64,000 nucleotides of DNA from assembly GCF_964355755.1 (NCBI RefSeq), contig NC_092674.1, positions 14,942,001 through 15,006,000 on the forward strand. The letters are read 5' to 3'. Within the stretch, counting starts at the first letter, position 1; each line of letters starts with the position of its first letter. The translations under genes and the position numbers were made by a program. Source of the stretch: Antedon mediterranea. Taxonomy: Eukaryota; Animalia; Echinodermata. Positions 50,719 to 63,135 of this stretch are shown here, in pieces. The notes beneath the pieces are model-generated. The model did no database searches. It was given only the letters and a program-made list of their open reading frames with translations, and was not told the DNA's origin.

Positions 50719-53700
50719 ATGTTAAATACAAGCAATCACAAACCTTCAAGACTATTGACAAATTTGTTAATTGACACTTCGAGTGAAAACAAAAACCGGC
50801 CTCCTGGAAAACGAGCAATTGTAGACAAATTCCCGCAAATTATTGAAATAGCTAAAAACTTTATTGAAAGAAGTGGATTTGAAGCACATCGACGTCGCCA
50901 AAGCACCACCGGACACTGTGGAACTGGTCTGAAAGCGGTTCGGGACCATCTTCTTCACGAAGTACCAGGTTTGGCTGAGCAGCATCCCAATTTTAGTAAG
51001 TACAACATTTGATAAATTATTATTTATATGGATATCCAAGTATATTAAATATATAATTAAACTAGGCCTATGAATCCGGGACGGGGACCCGGATGGATAA
51101 ATCGACATAGCGTCGACTTTTGTAATTTACCTAGTATAATCATAAAGAATTTTCCATGGTATAATGTGATCATGCAAAACAATGACAACTTTATTAATTT
51201 TCTTTCTGTAGGTATTCATACTGTGCACCGCATGCTACAGGCCCCTCATCAAGGTCGTAACAGTTCAGCAAGGTACAAAGGTTTCATCGATGCTAAAGTT
51301 CCAAAAAAAGATAATGGAAGGATGAAAGAAAATGACAATGCTCATTTTTACAATGCGAGGGTGAAGTATTGCCTTCAATTAAGTGCAGCATTTCCGGATG
51401 TGTGTAGTGTATATTCTGTTGACAACAAAAACAAAGTGAAGATAGGTAAGATCAATCATATACAATTAAGAATTTTCAAATGTAACATCCACAGAATATT
51501 AACGGCCATACAAAATTGGGTGAGAATGTTAGGTGGATTCTGAAATAAATATTAATTAAAACAACTTATTTTACATTTACAGTCAACTCTCCCAATACCG
51601 AACACCCTTGGGCGGGCATATATTTTCCGGTTTTTCGAAAGTCCGGTTTCCTGAAAACATATTTTTAAAGTCATCACGTTGTCACTGAAAAAGCTTTGAA
51701 TCACCGGTCCGAATGCTGCCCGGTACGGTCTAGCGTAGGGAAGGCCTAGGCTATGATTGTGTCAAGCTAGTTTTAATTAAATAAATACTGATAGGCCTAG
51801 GCCTAGCCTACTTTATTAATATTAAGCGAATTCAATTTACCTTTTTTAAAAGTTACATTATTTACTGTATCAATAAAAAATGTTACAGTAGTAAATTATT
51901 GTTTCTCAATGTGTTTTTAACGGCAAAAAGGCCTACGTACGTACGGTGAACAGAATTTCGGTCTGTTTATTGTTTTTCGCGAGCTAGCAAGCAGCAGCAT
52001 GGGTGATAAAAATAGCAAAGCGGGGCTTTGATTGATGCGCATGTGCAGAGGTGTCATAATCAAATAAAAACGCCCACACCTAGACCACATGTTTTTTAGC
52101 TCCTTTATTTTGACGTAATTTGATAACAATGATCAAAATTGATTAGGTAAACGAGCCAAGCAATAATGACACAATAATTAATTGGTAACATTTCAAAGTT
52201 TATTAACACTAGTTAAGTCAAGTTCATTCCGTTTACGTTTTGCCATAATGATTTCCAAATTTATAATGATGCACATTTTTAGTGAAACATTCCTTTTTAA
52301 AGTCCTATTGCAATTGTGAATTTAACAATAATTTAAACAAAACAAAGACACAAAGTGAAATGTAAATTGAACTTTATTAAAAAAAAATTCATATGCTAAA
52401 AAACAGGGAGTTGTTAACAGTTGCTAAGACATAGCGCTTCGATGTGAAAAAGCCCACCGCAGTTCGATACACAACAAAGCAATTGCCGCCTCGTGGGTTA
52501 ACAATGAACTGACCTGTCAATCACAGTGTAGCGCTCCATGGCAACATTATTTGATCGTACCGCGAAACGTTGCGCACTTCATGCATGGTCAGGGCAAGGA
52601 GTTGTATGGTTTTAAAAAAGCTTTTGTACATTGTGAATGTATTGAATCCGAGTCAGATACGACGATGTTACGTTGTTTTCGTAAATATTTGGAGTTTTTT
52701 AACTGTCAGTCCGGTTTTCAGACGCTAATTTTCGTGTTTTGTACTTCATAATTTGTCCGGATTCCGGAATTGGGTATTCCGGTTTTCATAATAAATTACC
52801 GTACATTTAGAATAGGGACAAATTGGGCCCTCCAAAAAAGTCTGGTTTTTCGTTAATTCCGGTTTTGGGAGAGTCCGGTATTGGGAGAGTTGACTGTAAT
52901 TTGAATTGCTTATGATAATCTTGAAAGAAAAGCAGTTATGTATTAACGCAAAATTGTCGGCGAGGGAGTGAATGAGAATGGGTTTTGATGATAATCTGGA
53001 AACTCTAAAATAATTTTGTGAAATGTGCTATATTTCGTTGGAAAATACTTTTCTTTAAATTAATACATTATTTCTTTATTTAAGTGTACGAACCTAAATA
53101 CAAAGTCATATCAATTATAACCAAGCCCTACCAGTAGACCATACAAAGTGTCTTGAGAATGTGTATTGCGTCAACTCTATGTTTGTATTACTATTATTAT
53201 TATATTATTATTATTTATTGTTTTTATTTTTAAAGGAAAAGATGTCCCAGCTGTTGATCGAAGGACAAAAATAAGAAGAATATTTCCAACCATTGACAGG
53301 CCGGTGCTTTTAGATCACGACTTCCCAAGTCATTCAGGCTACCTAATTACACCATGTGGATATATGAAATTGACACTACCTAACCCCCCTGAAAAATCGA
53401 TTGATTCGCTAGGTCGGCTAGAATACAAACTACATAGGAATGGCCCCGTTACCATCATTAACAGGGGACCCATGACAAAATGCACCGTAGCCTCCCATAT
53501 CAACGACCTGCTGCCAATAGTGAAAGAGGAAGTCCGTACAGGAAAATCAATTTGAACTATAATTGCAGATGGCGGGTGCGACTTTAATTCCGGTCATCAT
53601 ACAAATTTACTATATTATGCTAGACTGTTTAGAGATACTGGCTTAGATGCTCTGATTGTGACAGCGTATGCTCCAGGACAATCGGCTCTTAATCCGATCG

Positions 53701-54362
53701 AACATGCGTGGGCTCCTTGTACATTAGCGTTAACGTCTGTTATGTTCACGGATCGACTTGAATGCGAAGACAGACCGCCATGGCAGCAAGGTTTAAACGA
53801 AGAAGAAATGCGTCTGAAAGAATGTAAAGTATTTGACAACGCACTAAAAAACTTAGAACAATACTGGAAAAGTGTACATTTTAGCGGCGTTCCGATTAGT
53901 GTAAGCCACTTATTGTCTTCGTCAAAAGAAACGCCTTATGATGACTACAGTCAAGTGCACGCTGTTATGGCGTCTAACAGCGGGAAAACGTTCAGACAAA
54001 GCAATCTTGTAGACGAGTCCCAGTTTATGCTTCAACATATTGATAAAAGGAAAGGTTTTTTAGTTTTTTCTAAATGTAGAGACCCTAACTGTACACATTG
54101 CAGCCGCAATCCTATAATTGCCCACGATGTAATGAATGCCTGTTTTAATAGGGATGGATTTCCTTCACCCATGCAAAGCGAGAAGGAAGGACACTTCCTC
54201 ACCATTCATGAGGTATTAAAGTTAAATTCATGGGATACTCTCGATCAGCTGATGCCACCTGCTGGTGGAAGATGTGCCATTTGTCCCGCATATGGATTCA
54301 ACAGCAACGCAGAGATAACTTCTCACAGGAGAAAGTACCATCCAAGGCAGCAGGTCCTTTAG
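50719..54362 (+). pseudogene. Zator-like DDE transposase with C-terminal zinc fingers, 3 exons, one in-frame stop
   Basis: AHRRR; SVDNKNKVKIG; DHDFP...LITPCGY; IADGGCDFN; YAPGQSALNPIEHAWAP (cf. Zator SQDDKAKV.IG, DHDF, DGG.D, APG.SA.N.VE); C-terminal C..CP.Y.F.S......H...H; TGA at 53553. Confidence 0.78.
51580..52896. mobile_element. pogo/Tigger-type MITE in intron 2 of the Zator-like gene
   Basis: TA|CAGTCAACTCTCCCAATACCG ... CGGTATTGGGAGAGTTGACTG|TA; 21-bp perfect TIR, TA TSD, TCCGGTTTT subterminal repeats. Confidence 0.95.
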
Positions 54363-55325
54363 TTGCTATGTTTAAAACTACTTGTAATTTATATATGTTG
54401 GCCTATTTCAGCCTTTGTACACTGAAATATATCTGTATTTTATTGTATTTTTATATATCTAGTTTTTTATGAATTTTTTACATACTGTATATTTTTATAT
54501 AACGTTTTAAACTTTTTTAAACGTTTTTTTATGCTGTTTGTTGCCTTTAGGAAGACAAATTTTAAAATATTATTTTTGGACGATAAAGTAATCTTGATTA
54601 TCAATACTGTATACATATCGTAGTATAACTGCAATGATCTATTGATGTGTGAATCAGAATTAAAGATTTCCATTTTATGAATTTATTGTACTGTCTTGCT
54701 TCTTTACTTTTGTATTATGGTATTTTTATTTATTTATTTTTTGCTTTCAGGAAATGTACGGCTATTATTATTTGAAGTTCAAACAAATAATAGTTCAATA
54801 AATAAACAATAACGTGGTTTGTTCGCGTACCATAGTATTTAATAATTAGCATAATATCAATACATTTATTGGACAATGGACGAACAGTAAAACAATACAG
54901 AATGAATAAAAATCATACGGTACAATTTCTGTGACTTAATATACTATGGACTTAAAACAATGTATTAAACGCCCAATTGAATTTCGCTGTTAGTTTGAAA
55001 ATTAATGGAAAACGATACACGAGTGCACTGAATATCGTGCTAAATATAGATATATTTGTACTGTAATTTCTATTGAAAAAGATAGATTAATTTACAAATT
55101 GTTTTAACAACGGTAATTTTTCAAAAAGAACAGAACAGATTTGCTTATATTATTGTGGAGGAACCTGTACCATAGTATACTATATATTTCCAATTCACCA
55201 TAATGCCTAAAAGGGGAGGTGGTTTTATAGCTGTCACTGCTTGCTGCTTCTTTGGTACTTGACAAATCACACCTCAATATGCAATTAACTGATGACCAGA
55301 TCTTCTCTCTCTAGTATGTAAAAGC

Positions 55326-55433
55326 GTGGGATAGAAATTCTAATTATTAACCTTTTGTATTATAATCCTTTTGTATTTCGACACTGTTTATATGAAGCTA
55401 TTTGACACAGCTGTTAAATTGTTAATTTCAGAA
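55326..55433. repeat. ~110-bp direct repeat, copy 2
   Basis: Matches 49993-50106 with a few substitutions and small indels. Confidence 0.95.
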
Positions 55434-55569
55434 GCCATTGAATTTGCCCTTTGCGTTGGCTTATTATTTTTCGTTTATTTTATTATTATCCTTATTCTAT
55501 ATTTTATTTTAATAAATGCAGTTTACTTGTTAGGCCCTCGTTACGACTGCTCAGTACCAGATTGCCTGA

Positions 55570-55766
55570 TTTTGAAAATTGTCTTCTGTTTAAAATATTG
55601 ATGATAATAAAAAAAAGTGGTCCAGAATTGGGATCCCATAATACTATTGAATGCTCATTGACCCATATCTGTATGTGGTTTCAATGTGTTAAAGATCTGG
55701 AATAAGTTCGTTTTAGTAATCATGCTACTAATATAGACTACATAAACCCCCTTGGCGGAGGTAATA
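55570..55766 (-). mobile_element. DINE-1/Helentron-like element end
   Basis: Reverse strand starts TTATTACCTCCGCCAAGGGGGTTTATGT, a typical HINE/DINE-1-like terminus. Confidence 0.5.
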
Positions 55767-55992
55767 AACACACATTAAAAGAATACATTTTGACGACTTT
55801 TCTACTACTACAATGACGAACACAGGTATTAGCCAAATATGTAACCTGTTTAAATTACTCCCACACAAATTCACAATAGTTGTGATCTTATTCAAGTTGT
55901 TCACACTATTATACTTTCTTACACTGACGGTGTAAAATATAGTTACTTATAGTTAATTAATTTGCTTTATTTTCAATTCATTATGTTCTTAA

Positions 55993-56719
55993 CACTTTCA
56001 CCGCCAAAGACGGAAATCTCCGTCTTTCGATGCCCAGCACCAGACCGCCAAAGACGGAAATTTCCGTCTTTGGCTTTTTATTACACAATTTGTTAGATCA
56101 GGTATATATGGACCGCATGTAGAAATTTCAACATCCAAATCGATCTGGACCGCAAATATTTTGATACTTTATTAACCCTAGTGCCATTGACCCAGCTGGT
56201 CTACATCGCGTCCTATCCGTAAACAACATAAAGTGCTTACTGCGGACGAAGCAATTGCAGAAATATTTGCCAACTCTGACTCTGAAAATGAGTATTTATT
56301 ATCCCCAGATGATGAAGGTATATTTGTACCTAAATCTGGTTTATAAAATGTAATAAATAATTGGAGATAATTTAGCTAGCCTGGCCTAGGCTAGGTTGTA
56401 GAATAGGTTGAGAATCATGACACTGACAGACGGTGCAACCAGGCTAAAAACCTCATTATCTCTGCTTTGTTCTCCGATTGAGCCTAAAGTGCTAAAAGTG
56501 AGCGAAGTTCTTTGTACAATTATGTGGTATTACAGTTTTATTTCAATAAAGTGTTTGGTACCATTGGAAAGTTTATTTCTATCTCATTATTTGAGTGTAT
56601 ATTGCATGTTATTCTGATTACAAACACCTTTGCTATGAGCTTTGAAAAACAAGTAAATTTATCTAAAATGGCTGGCGGTGAGGGGTACTTCCTTTATTGA
56701 ATGCCTGGCGGTGAAAGTG
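55993..56719 (+). mobile_element. piggyBac non-autonomous element
   Basis: TTAA|CACTTTCACCGCC ... GGCGGTGAAAGTG|TTAA; repeated palindrome AAAGACGGAAATTTCCGTCTTT; acidic N-terminal remnant VLTADEAIAEIFANSDSENE. Confidence 0.95.
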
Positions 56720-57163
56720 TTAAAAATGAGTTTTAAATCACATATCGAAGACTGTGGCTGCTGATAATTTTGAATTTTTAGTATTGCAATATCTCTTGTG
56801 GGGAAGCGTGAGGTACCTATATTTAAATTAACAATTTTAATATTAATTTTTGTATTTGTTATACTGTTTTGTGAACACCTTGCAAATTGTTATTTTCAAA
56901 TCCCATTATTTGTGCATTTGTGTTGGCTTTTAGTCGTAGATAATTTGGCTGTTTATTTTAATATACAGCATTGTTTTAGTTTTCATTACGTAATATACCA
57001 CGCCTTCACTGTTTACCTGAAGCCTGAGAAAGTTTGATTTGAGCATCTTTGGAATGCGTCCCTGTGCAGTCCAGTAAACAATAGTGTCAATAAATGCACA
57101 GTCGAGGCATCCATAACTATCACTTCATCATAATTATTTCTACAAGTAACATCGAATTTTAAA

Positions 57164-59988
57164 ATGTCTCTACGCCGTCAGAAAACTGTTGTACCAGCAC
57201 ATGCTTTGGTCTATTTTGATTCAGACGAAAGTACAGCAATTGTACTATCTAAGAAGTTGCAGGGAGACAAAGTTCCTAACGGTGTCGTTAAAATGGTATA
57301 CAACCAACAACAATTAACGTGCCGCATTGTGGAACTTTCTGACACATCTGATGATTTAGTTCACAAAGACACACTGTTCTGGGAGAAACGCAAGCGAGAG
57401 CTTGGTAAGTAATGTTATATTGTAGTTATTCATTCAAATAGTGAATGAATAATATTTATTTTAACTTCTTAAATACCAGACCTACTGTTGTACTTGCTGT
57501 CGAATGTTATCGTGAACATACGAGTTGACGTAATACAGACATTATCCACGCATTGTACGTTCTTGAGGCTGGTCGATTATTTAACATATTTTTACGCCAA
57601 AATTGATAAAAATGCGCACTAAAAAAATGTATATTTTGCATATTACACTTTATTATAATTATATTTAAAATATTTAATCGTACCTCAATATTAGCCTATA
57701 TAACATGTATTTTGTAATGGCACAAGCCATATTTGTAACAGTAGGCCTATTGTTTTTTCTGAAATCATAATAAAATTAAATTATAGGCGCAATCAAATTT
57801 TAAACCTAATGATTTAATATATTTATGACTGTACTTTCTTTTATTAAATTATAGACTTAAACCTATTATCCTTTATATTTTGTCATTCCTGTATAACTGA
57901 TTAATCATTTTATATCGACAGATGATGACTCTGAAGTTACTGTTGACTCCCCTAACAAAAAATCAAGGAAGAATGACCCCAGGAAAGATGACAACACAGA
58001 AAATGAGAGACCAAAGAAAGACCAAACGGAAAATGAGAAACCCAAGAATGACCAAACGGAAAATGACCAAACAGAAACGGAGAAACCCAAGAATGACCAA
58101 ACGGAAAAAGAAAACCCCAAGAATGACCAAACGGAAAATGACCAAACAGAAACGGAGAAATGACCAAAGGAATGACCAAAGGGAAAAGGAGAAATCCAAG
58201 AGTGACCAAACGGAAAAGGAGAAACCAAATAATGACCAAACAGAAAAGGAGAAACCCAAGAATGACCAAACAGAAAAGGAAAACCAAAAGAATAACCAAA
58301 CGGACAAGGAGAAACCAAATAATGACCAAACGGACAAAGAGAAACCAAATAATGAGCAAACGGAAAATGAACGACCGATCCCGAATTTTGACATCCAACC
58401 CCAGTCACCCAACGCCGTAATCGTGACGGAATTCGAGAGTCCATTGGAAAGCGGTAAGTCCTGCAATTTGTTTTGTTTAAAAAAAGTAAATAACAACATA
58501 AAATCACAGTAATAAGTAACATCATGAATAGTAATTTACATTAACGATTCAAATATTACATACACACAAAATTGGAGAAGCAAAATAATGAAACAAAACG
58601 TGTATATTCTAGATTAGATTAATACCTAAAAATACAGACACCAACGACGGCATTTTAATAACGGTGTGTAACGTTTAATAACAGGATATAAATATATTAT
58701 GAAACCCTCGAATTTATTTACTAGACAAGTAATTGGCAGGGCTCCAATGGTATGAACTACCCTGGGTAAATAAATGAAATAAATAAATAAACCATTATGT
58801 TGTTCCCAAACTAGGTGTTGTGTATAACAATTATCATTGACATTTTTTTAATTATAGACATTGAGCTTGATATCGATTCCGACCTTCTTGTCGAAGTCCT
58901 TGCTGGTCCTCTATTGAGCAGCACAGTCTTAAGTAGTAAGTATATATCACTTTGAATAATAGTTGTTTTGATAAGTATTTGCCTTTGGATTTATGTACTA
59001 TTCTAATGTTTGCATCAAATGCTGTTGTGGGTACTTTAAAACAAAGAAATCTATCTATATCTTTAGTACTGTATAACTACTTTGGCTCTTAAATACGTAC
59101 CTCATTCTTTGACAAATAACAGGACTCAATTTTGACATTTCCTTAGTTTTAATTTGCTGGTTTATTGTGTGTCTTAATTAAGATCCCTTAACTGTTACCT
59201 ATTTCATTGAATTTATTTATTTTGTATTATCTTCCCAACTTTAACTTAAATGGTTTTTTTTTCTTTTAATTTGTAAAAATCGGTGTTTTGACCCATTTTA
59301 AACTATACACAGTGAATGTAAATTAATATTAACTTGGCACCGCATTGGCCTGTTATATTTTTGATATTATAAAAACGTTGGGCATCCTATACGATTATAT
59401 TAAATGAATGTTATACAATTCTTCTTTCAGATCAAACTGGATGTACGGCATGCGCTTGCGCAAAGTGCATGAAGGTCCCAAACATGCTGGAAACAATTAT
59501 AACAAATCAAACAATTATTATGCAGCAGCTAACCACCCGGTTAGGTTATTTATACTCAACAAGTGCAGCAAGTAGCAGCTCCGCCGACCAATGCCTTACT
59601 TGGTGAAACAAATGGTAAAGCTGACAGTAATGGCATTGTTCATATAGGGGGGCTGGTGCCCGTAGCCAAGGAAAAGTACAAAGCCGCAGTTGGCGTTGGC
59701 AAAAATAAGTCAGCAACAAAAATGACTAGAAGACTGCTGGACATAATGTTCACACAGGAGGAGCTAGCAGTATCTAATTTGTACGGCTCTAAGAAAATAG
59801 AGAATGGCAAACTTGTCACAAGGCCAGCACTAGAAGCGCCACGTTCGCGGGCACTTTTCAGACAAATTGAACAGGAATTTCCTGGTGCCACCTCAGACAA
59901 TTATTTAGCTTTAAAAGAGGCTGTCAATAGTAAATGCCGAAGAATTAGAGAAATACTTAAAGGTAGTGAAAATGTAACACCAAAATAG
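57164..59988 (+). pseudogene. BEN-domain protein gene (probable transposon ORF2), 4 exons, frameshifted
   Basis: Exons 57164-57404, 57922-58453, 58858-58935, 59431-59988, all phase-1 GT-AG; N-terminal ALVYFDSDESTAIV...CRIVELSD; C-terminal BEN-like TRRLLDIMFTQEELAVSNLYG...RPALE...AVNSKCR; frameshifts near 58155 and 59550. Confidence 0.8.
57985..58375 (+). repeat. Coding minisatellite (~30-bp unit, NDQTEKEKPK)
   Basis: AATGACCAAAC(G/A)GAAAAGGAGAAACC repeats with 15-bp half units. Confidence 0.9.
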
Positions 59989-60068
59989 TTGGTTGGTTTT
60001 GTTTTGTAAAATAAAATATTTTAATTATTATTTGTTCGTATATTGTCATTTATGTTTACTAGGTCTAA

Positions 60069-60229
60069 AGCTCTATCAACACTATCAAACTTTATGTGAC
60101 AAAAAAATGTGATGTGCCCATATATGGTAGTGATATGCACAAATATGGTAGTGATGTGATGTCAACGTGTCCATATATGGGCACATCACATTTTTTTGTC
60201 ACATAAAGTTTGATAGTGTAGACGGAGCT
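60069..60229. mobile_element. Palindromic Tourist/Harbinger-type MITE
   Basis: TAA|AGCTC...ACACTATCAAACTTTATGTGACAAAAAAATGTGATGTGCCCATATATGG and its inverted copy ...AGCT|TTA; ~60-bp TIRs. Confidence 0.93.
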
Positions 60230-61149
60230 TTAATAATAATGTTAATGTCTAAAAAATTAACAACGTGAACATAAGATCATAGAACTATTTCAATTTGTGC
60301 GTTATTACATTTACTGTGAATTCATTTTTATTTCAACAATATTTTTTATGATTTTTTTCTGGTCCCAATACTATCTTTTTTAAATAATTCAGCGAACTGA
60401 TTCAATTCCCATACAGAATAATATCAATGCCATTAGAAAATACAAACAATATCTTCAAATTAAACAAAGAAACGGATATCTCCGATCGCTGACAAATAAT
60501 GATATTATTACAATTATTTGTTTATGTGTACCCAACAATCCGGGCGTTTTCCAAAAATCGCAGAAAAGCATCTATTTTAGGGAGGCTTTTACAATGTAAC
60601 TCTGTTATTATTTATTATTTAAATTGTTATGGCTGTGTCGGCATTGTTATTAATTAGTTAGTTGTTTTAAATTCGTAATCATAAGAAACACCGTCGGCAT
60701 TGATGTAAAATGATCTCAAAATCGTTTTTTTAGTGAACTGCTAGTGTTAAAAGATAGGGGAAATTGTCAAAAGCTGGCGACCTGGTACTCAGCAGTCCAA
60801 ACACAAGAGAATTAATTTGTGATTCGTAATTTTAAAATTTAATTTGATTTAATGTATAGGAATTTTGATACGAGTAAATTCACCCGCTTGTTGTTTGTGA
60901 AGTTTTGACAGGCGTTTATTAAACTATAGGGAACATCTATCTATCCCCTTCGGCTTATTTGTTACAATTTAAAAACTCACAACTCAGTAAAGTGGTACAG
61001 TCCTACTGTACATGGTTAATTACGTACCACTGTCTTCAGGCAGATGATTAAGAACATTAAACGTATTGATAATAAATAAAAGGGGATTGTATTGTGTGCA
61101 GGAAAACGGAAGCCAACAGAAATAATATAGCGCGGCGGCTATACTCGTA

Positions 61150-61232
61150 ACTTGTGAGGGTCCCTAATGATCAGCTTCGGCTGGATGGACCACCCTCGGT
61201 AAAGATTGTTGAAATAAAAATAAAAAAATAAC
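61150..61232 (+). mobile_element. LINE/SINE 3' tail stem-loop
   Basis: GAGGGTCC...CAGC-TTCG-GCTG...GGACCACCCTC hairpin followed by an A-rich AAATAAAAATAAAA tail. Confidence 0.5.
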
Positions 61233-61529
61233 CTAGCCTACTTGTTATTTTCAAAACACATTACACGTCGGCGAGGTCCGATGGCATGCGTGACTAGCGG
61301 AACAAACCAAATATTCCTCGCAACAAATATCAAGCTAAGAGACCCTTTTCCATCGGGCGAAATCAGTTTATTACCTCCCAGGTTTATGCGTACCATTTCG
61401 GGACTTACTATCTCAAGTAGTACGAGAGAAATTCATGACATACAGGACATTGAACATTTAATAACGTAGCTTAATAAAAATATGTTGGCTAAACGAAAAT
61501 AGCGTGTTTCTAGTTTATTTATGTAGGCC

Positions 61530-61951
61530 CAGGGATGTCACCACGGTGGTCGGCGATTGATGGCCCCGTCCACCATGCACTCGGAATTTCCGACCACCAT
61601 TTTCATGACGCCGACCACCACTATATTTACGCATGTAAATCGTATAGCCTATTGTTCGTAACTTACTACTACGATACGATGTATTGATATTATAATTATC
61701 AACGCGTCGATCGTAGGGTGGTTCGTAGAGTTAATAAACAGCATTGTCATCGCCTTTACAAAACGCATGGACAATGCAAATTAACAATGTACTGTTCACT
61801 AATTAAAATCGGCGCTGCCTAAAAATCCTACCTAAGGTTAGGCCTATAGTAGGAGACGACACATTAGCCTAATTTTGCAGGACGTAATGAAAATGGCCCA
61901 AGTATTCTGTAGCTAACCTCACCATGGCGACCACCACTCATGACATCCATG
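61530..61951. mobile_element. Small hAT-like MITE
   Basis: CAGGGATGTCA...GGTGGTCG / CGACCACC...TGACATCCATG imperfect TIRs; GTAGGCC at both junctions; CGACCACCA subterminal repeats. Confidence 0.6.
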
Positions 61952-62074
61952 TAGGCCTATACAGTAGGCCTGCAATGAAACGTCTATTTTAGGTACCCCA
62001 CCTGGGTATAAATCGAGTTAATCGTAAATTTAAAAATTCGAACTAGATCGTAGGCCTACTCTTTTGCTGTGTAG

Positions 62075-62392
62075 CGCCTGATGGAAAGTAATTCTACGCA
62101 TTTTGGTCCCTGGATGGAACATGATATATCACGCGTAAACCGCCAATGTTGAACGATTCCCACAAAGTGACACCGCTAGACAAGTGCGTTCCTACAAAAA
62201 TCTAGGTCGCAATCCGGCGAGGGTGGTCGGAGTCAAACGCAGCAGTGTGTCATTGACGGTTATCAATCACATGTTCTACAGTACACGAAAACTATCGCAA
62301 CTGGACGAAGTAAGTCGAAGTTGGTCATGTTGACTGTTGTTACACACAATTGTGCGTGATCAAAAGGTCAAATCAAATGTTAGAAAGCCGAC
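62075..62392 (-). repeat. Inverted, rearranged copy of modules from 49268-49790
   Basis: 62094-62143 is the exact reverse complement of 49268-49317; 62205-62330 and 62352-62392 match ~49660-49790 and ~49568-49610 with more divergence. Confidence 0.9.
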
Positions 62393-63135
62393 TCAAGGAA
62401 GCGAAGCAGCCGTATTCACGTATTTATTATTTGTTTGCCTTACTACTACGTATATTTGTTGATTGAAGTCAGACAAGTCAAGGGGCCCGTCAGGGCGCCG
62501 TGGGTCGCGATCAAGCGAAGTTCCATAACAACAACTTGAAATCAGTCAACCACATAATGAGGGGCGGAGCTATTTATGGACGCACTAAAACGGAATAATT
62601 GTGAATAATCGGTAGTCCCTTGGACGCAACATTTTAGCTGCGTCCAGAAGGATGTCACAATACAATAGATATCGCGACCAGCTGCAGTACAATCCGTCCG
62701 ATATTTAGTGGAGATGACGCCTAAAGCCAATTTCACCCATTGTTATGAGCCATTGTTAATTTTACCAGTCAACAATGGTACATTGTGCCGGATTATTTTC
62801 AAATTTTATGTTGGTACTGGAAATTGACGATCGGGATACTGTCCCGGATGTGACGATCATTCACGCGTGAAAAAGTCAAGCAGCTCACGGAATCTAAAAT
62901 TTTATAAATATATAAATTACGCCATTATTTACAGCTGAAATTATTCCATAAATAAACTTTGCCTTTATGGATTTTTAAAACAACAGTAACAAAGTATCAT
63001 GTTATTAATCTATCTAATACAGACAACAATGTGCGTCGCTAATTCGATCTAATTATTAATTGGTAGGGTTGCGGACGAACATTTATAGGGTGTACGTTTT
63101 ATATAACAGATGAAATCATTTATTTCATCGATAAG

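Larger units (their letters stand above)
36841..61300 (+). mobile_element. Candidate full extent of a large CMC/EnSpm element (kinase, transposase, BEN gene) with nested insertions
   Basis: Left AAC|CCGCTGG...CCGTCGG; right CCGATGG...CTAGCGG|AAC; short imperfect TIR, matching 3-bp flanks, GTCGGC/ATCGG motifs near both ends. Confidence 0.35.

Noticed and set aside
57905-58525. Overlapping hydrophobic minus-strand ORFs (206, 178, 148 aa) and the K/R/M/T-rich plus frame as real proteins
   Set aside because: By-products of a stop-poor minisatellite; splice phases support only the NDQTEKEKP frame
61155-61200. Hammerhead ribozyme (CTAATGA followed by a UUCG-capped stem)
   Set aside because: Core is not CUGANGA and no GAAA follows the stem; a position before an A-rich tail fits a LINE 3' stem-loop
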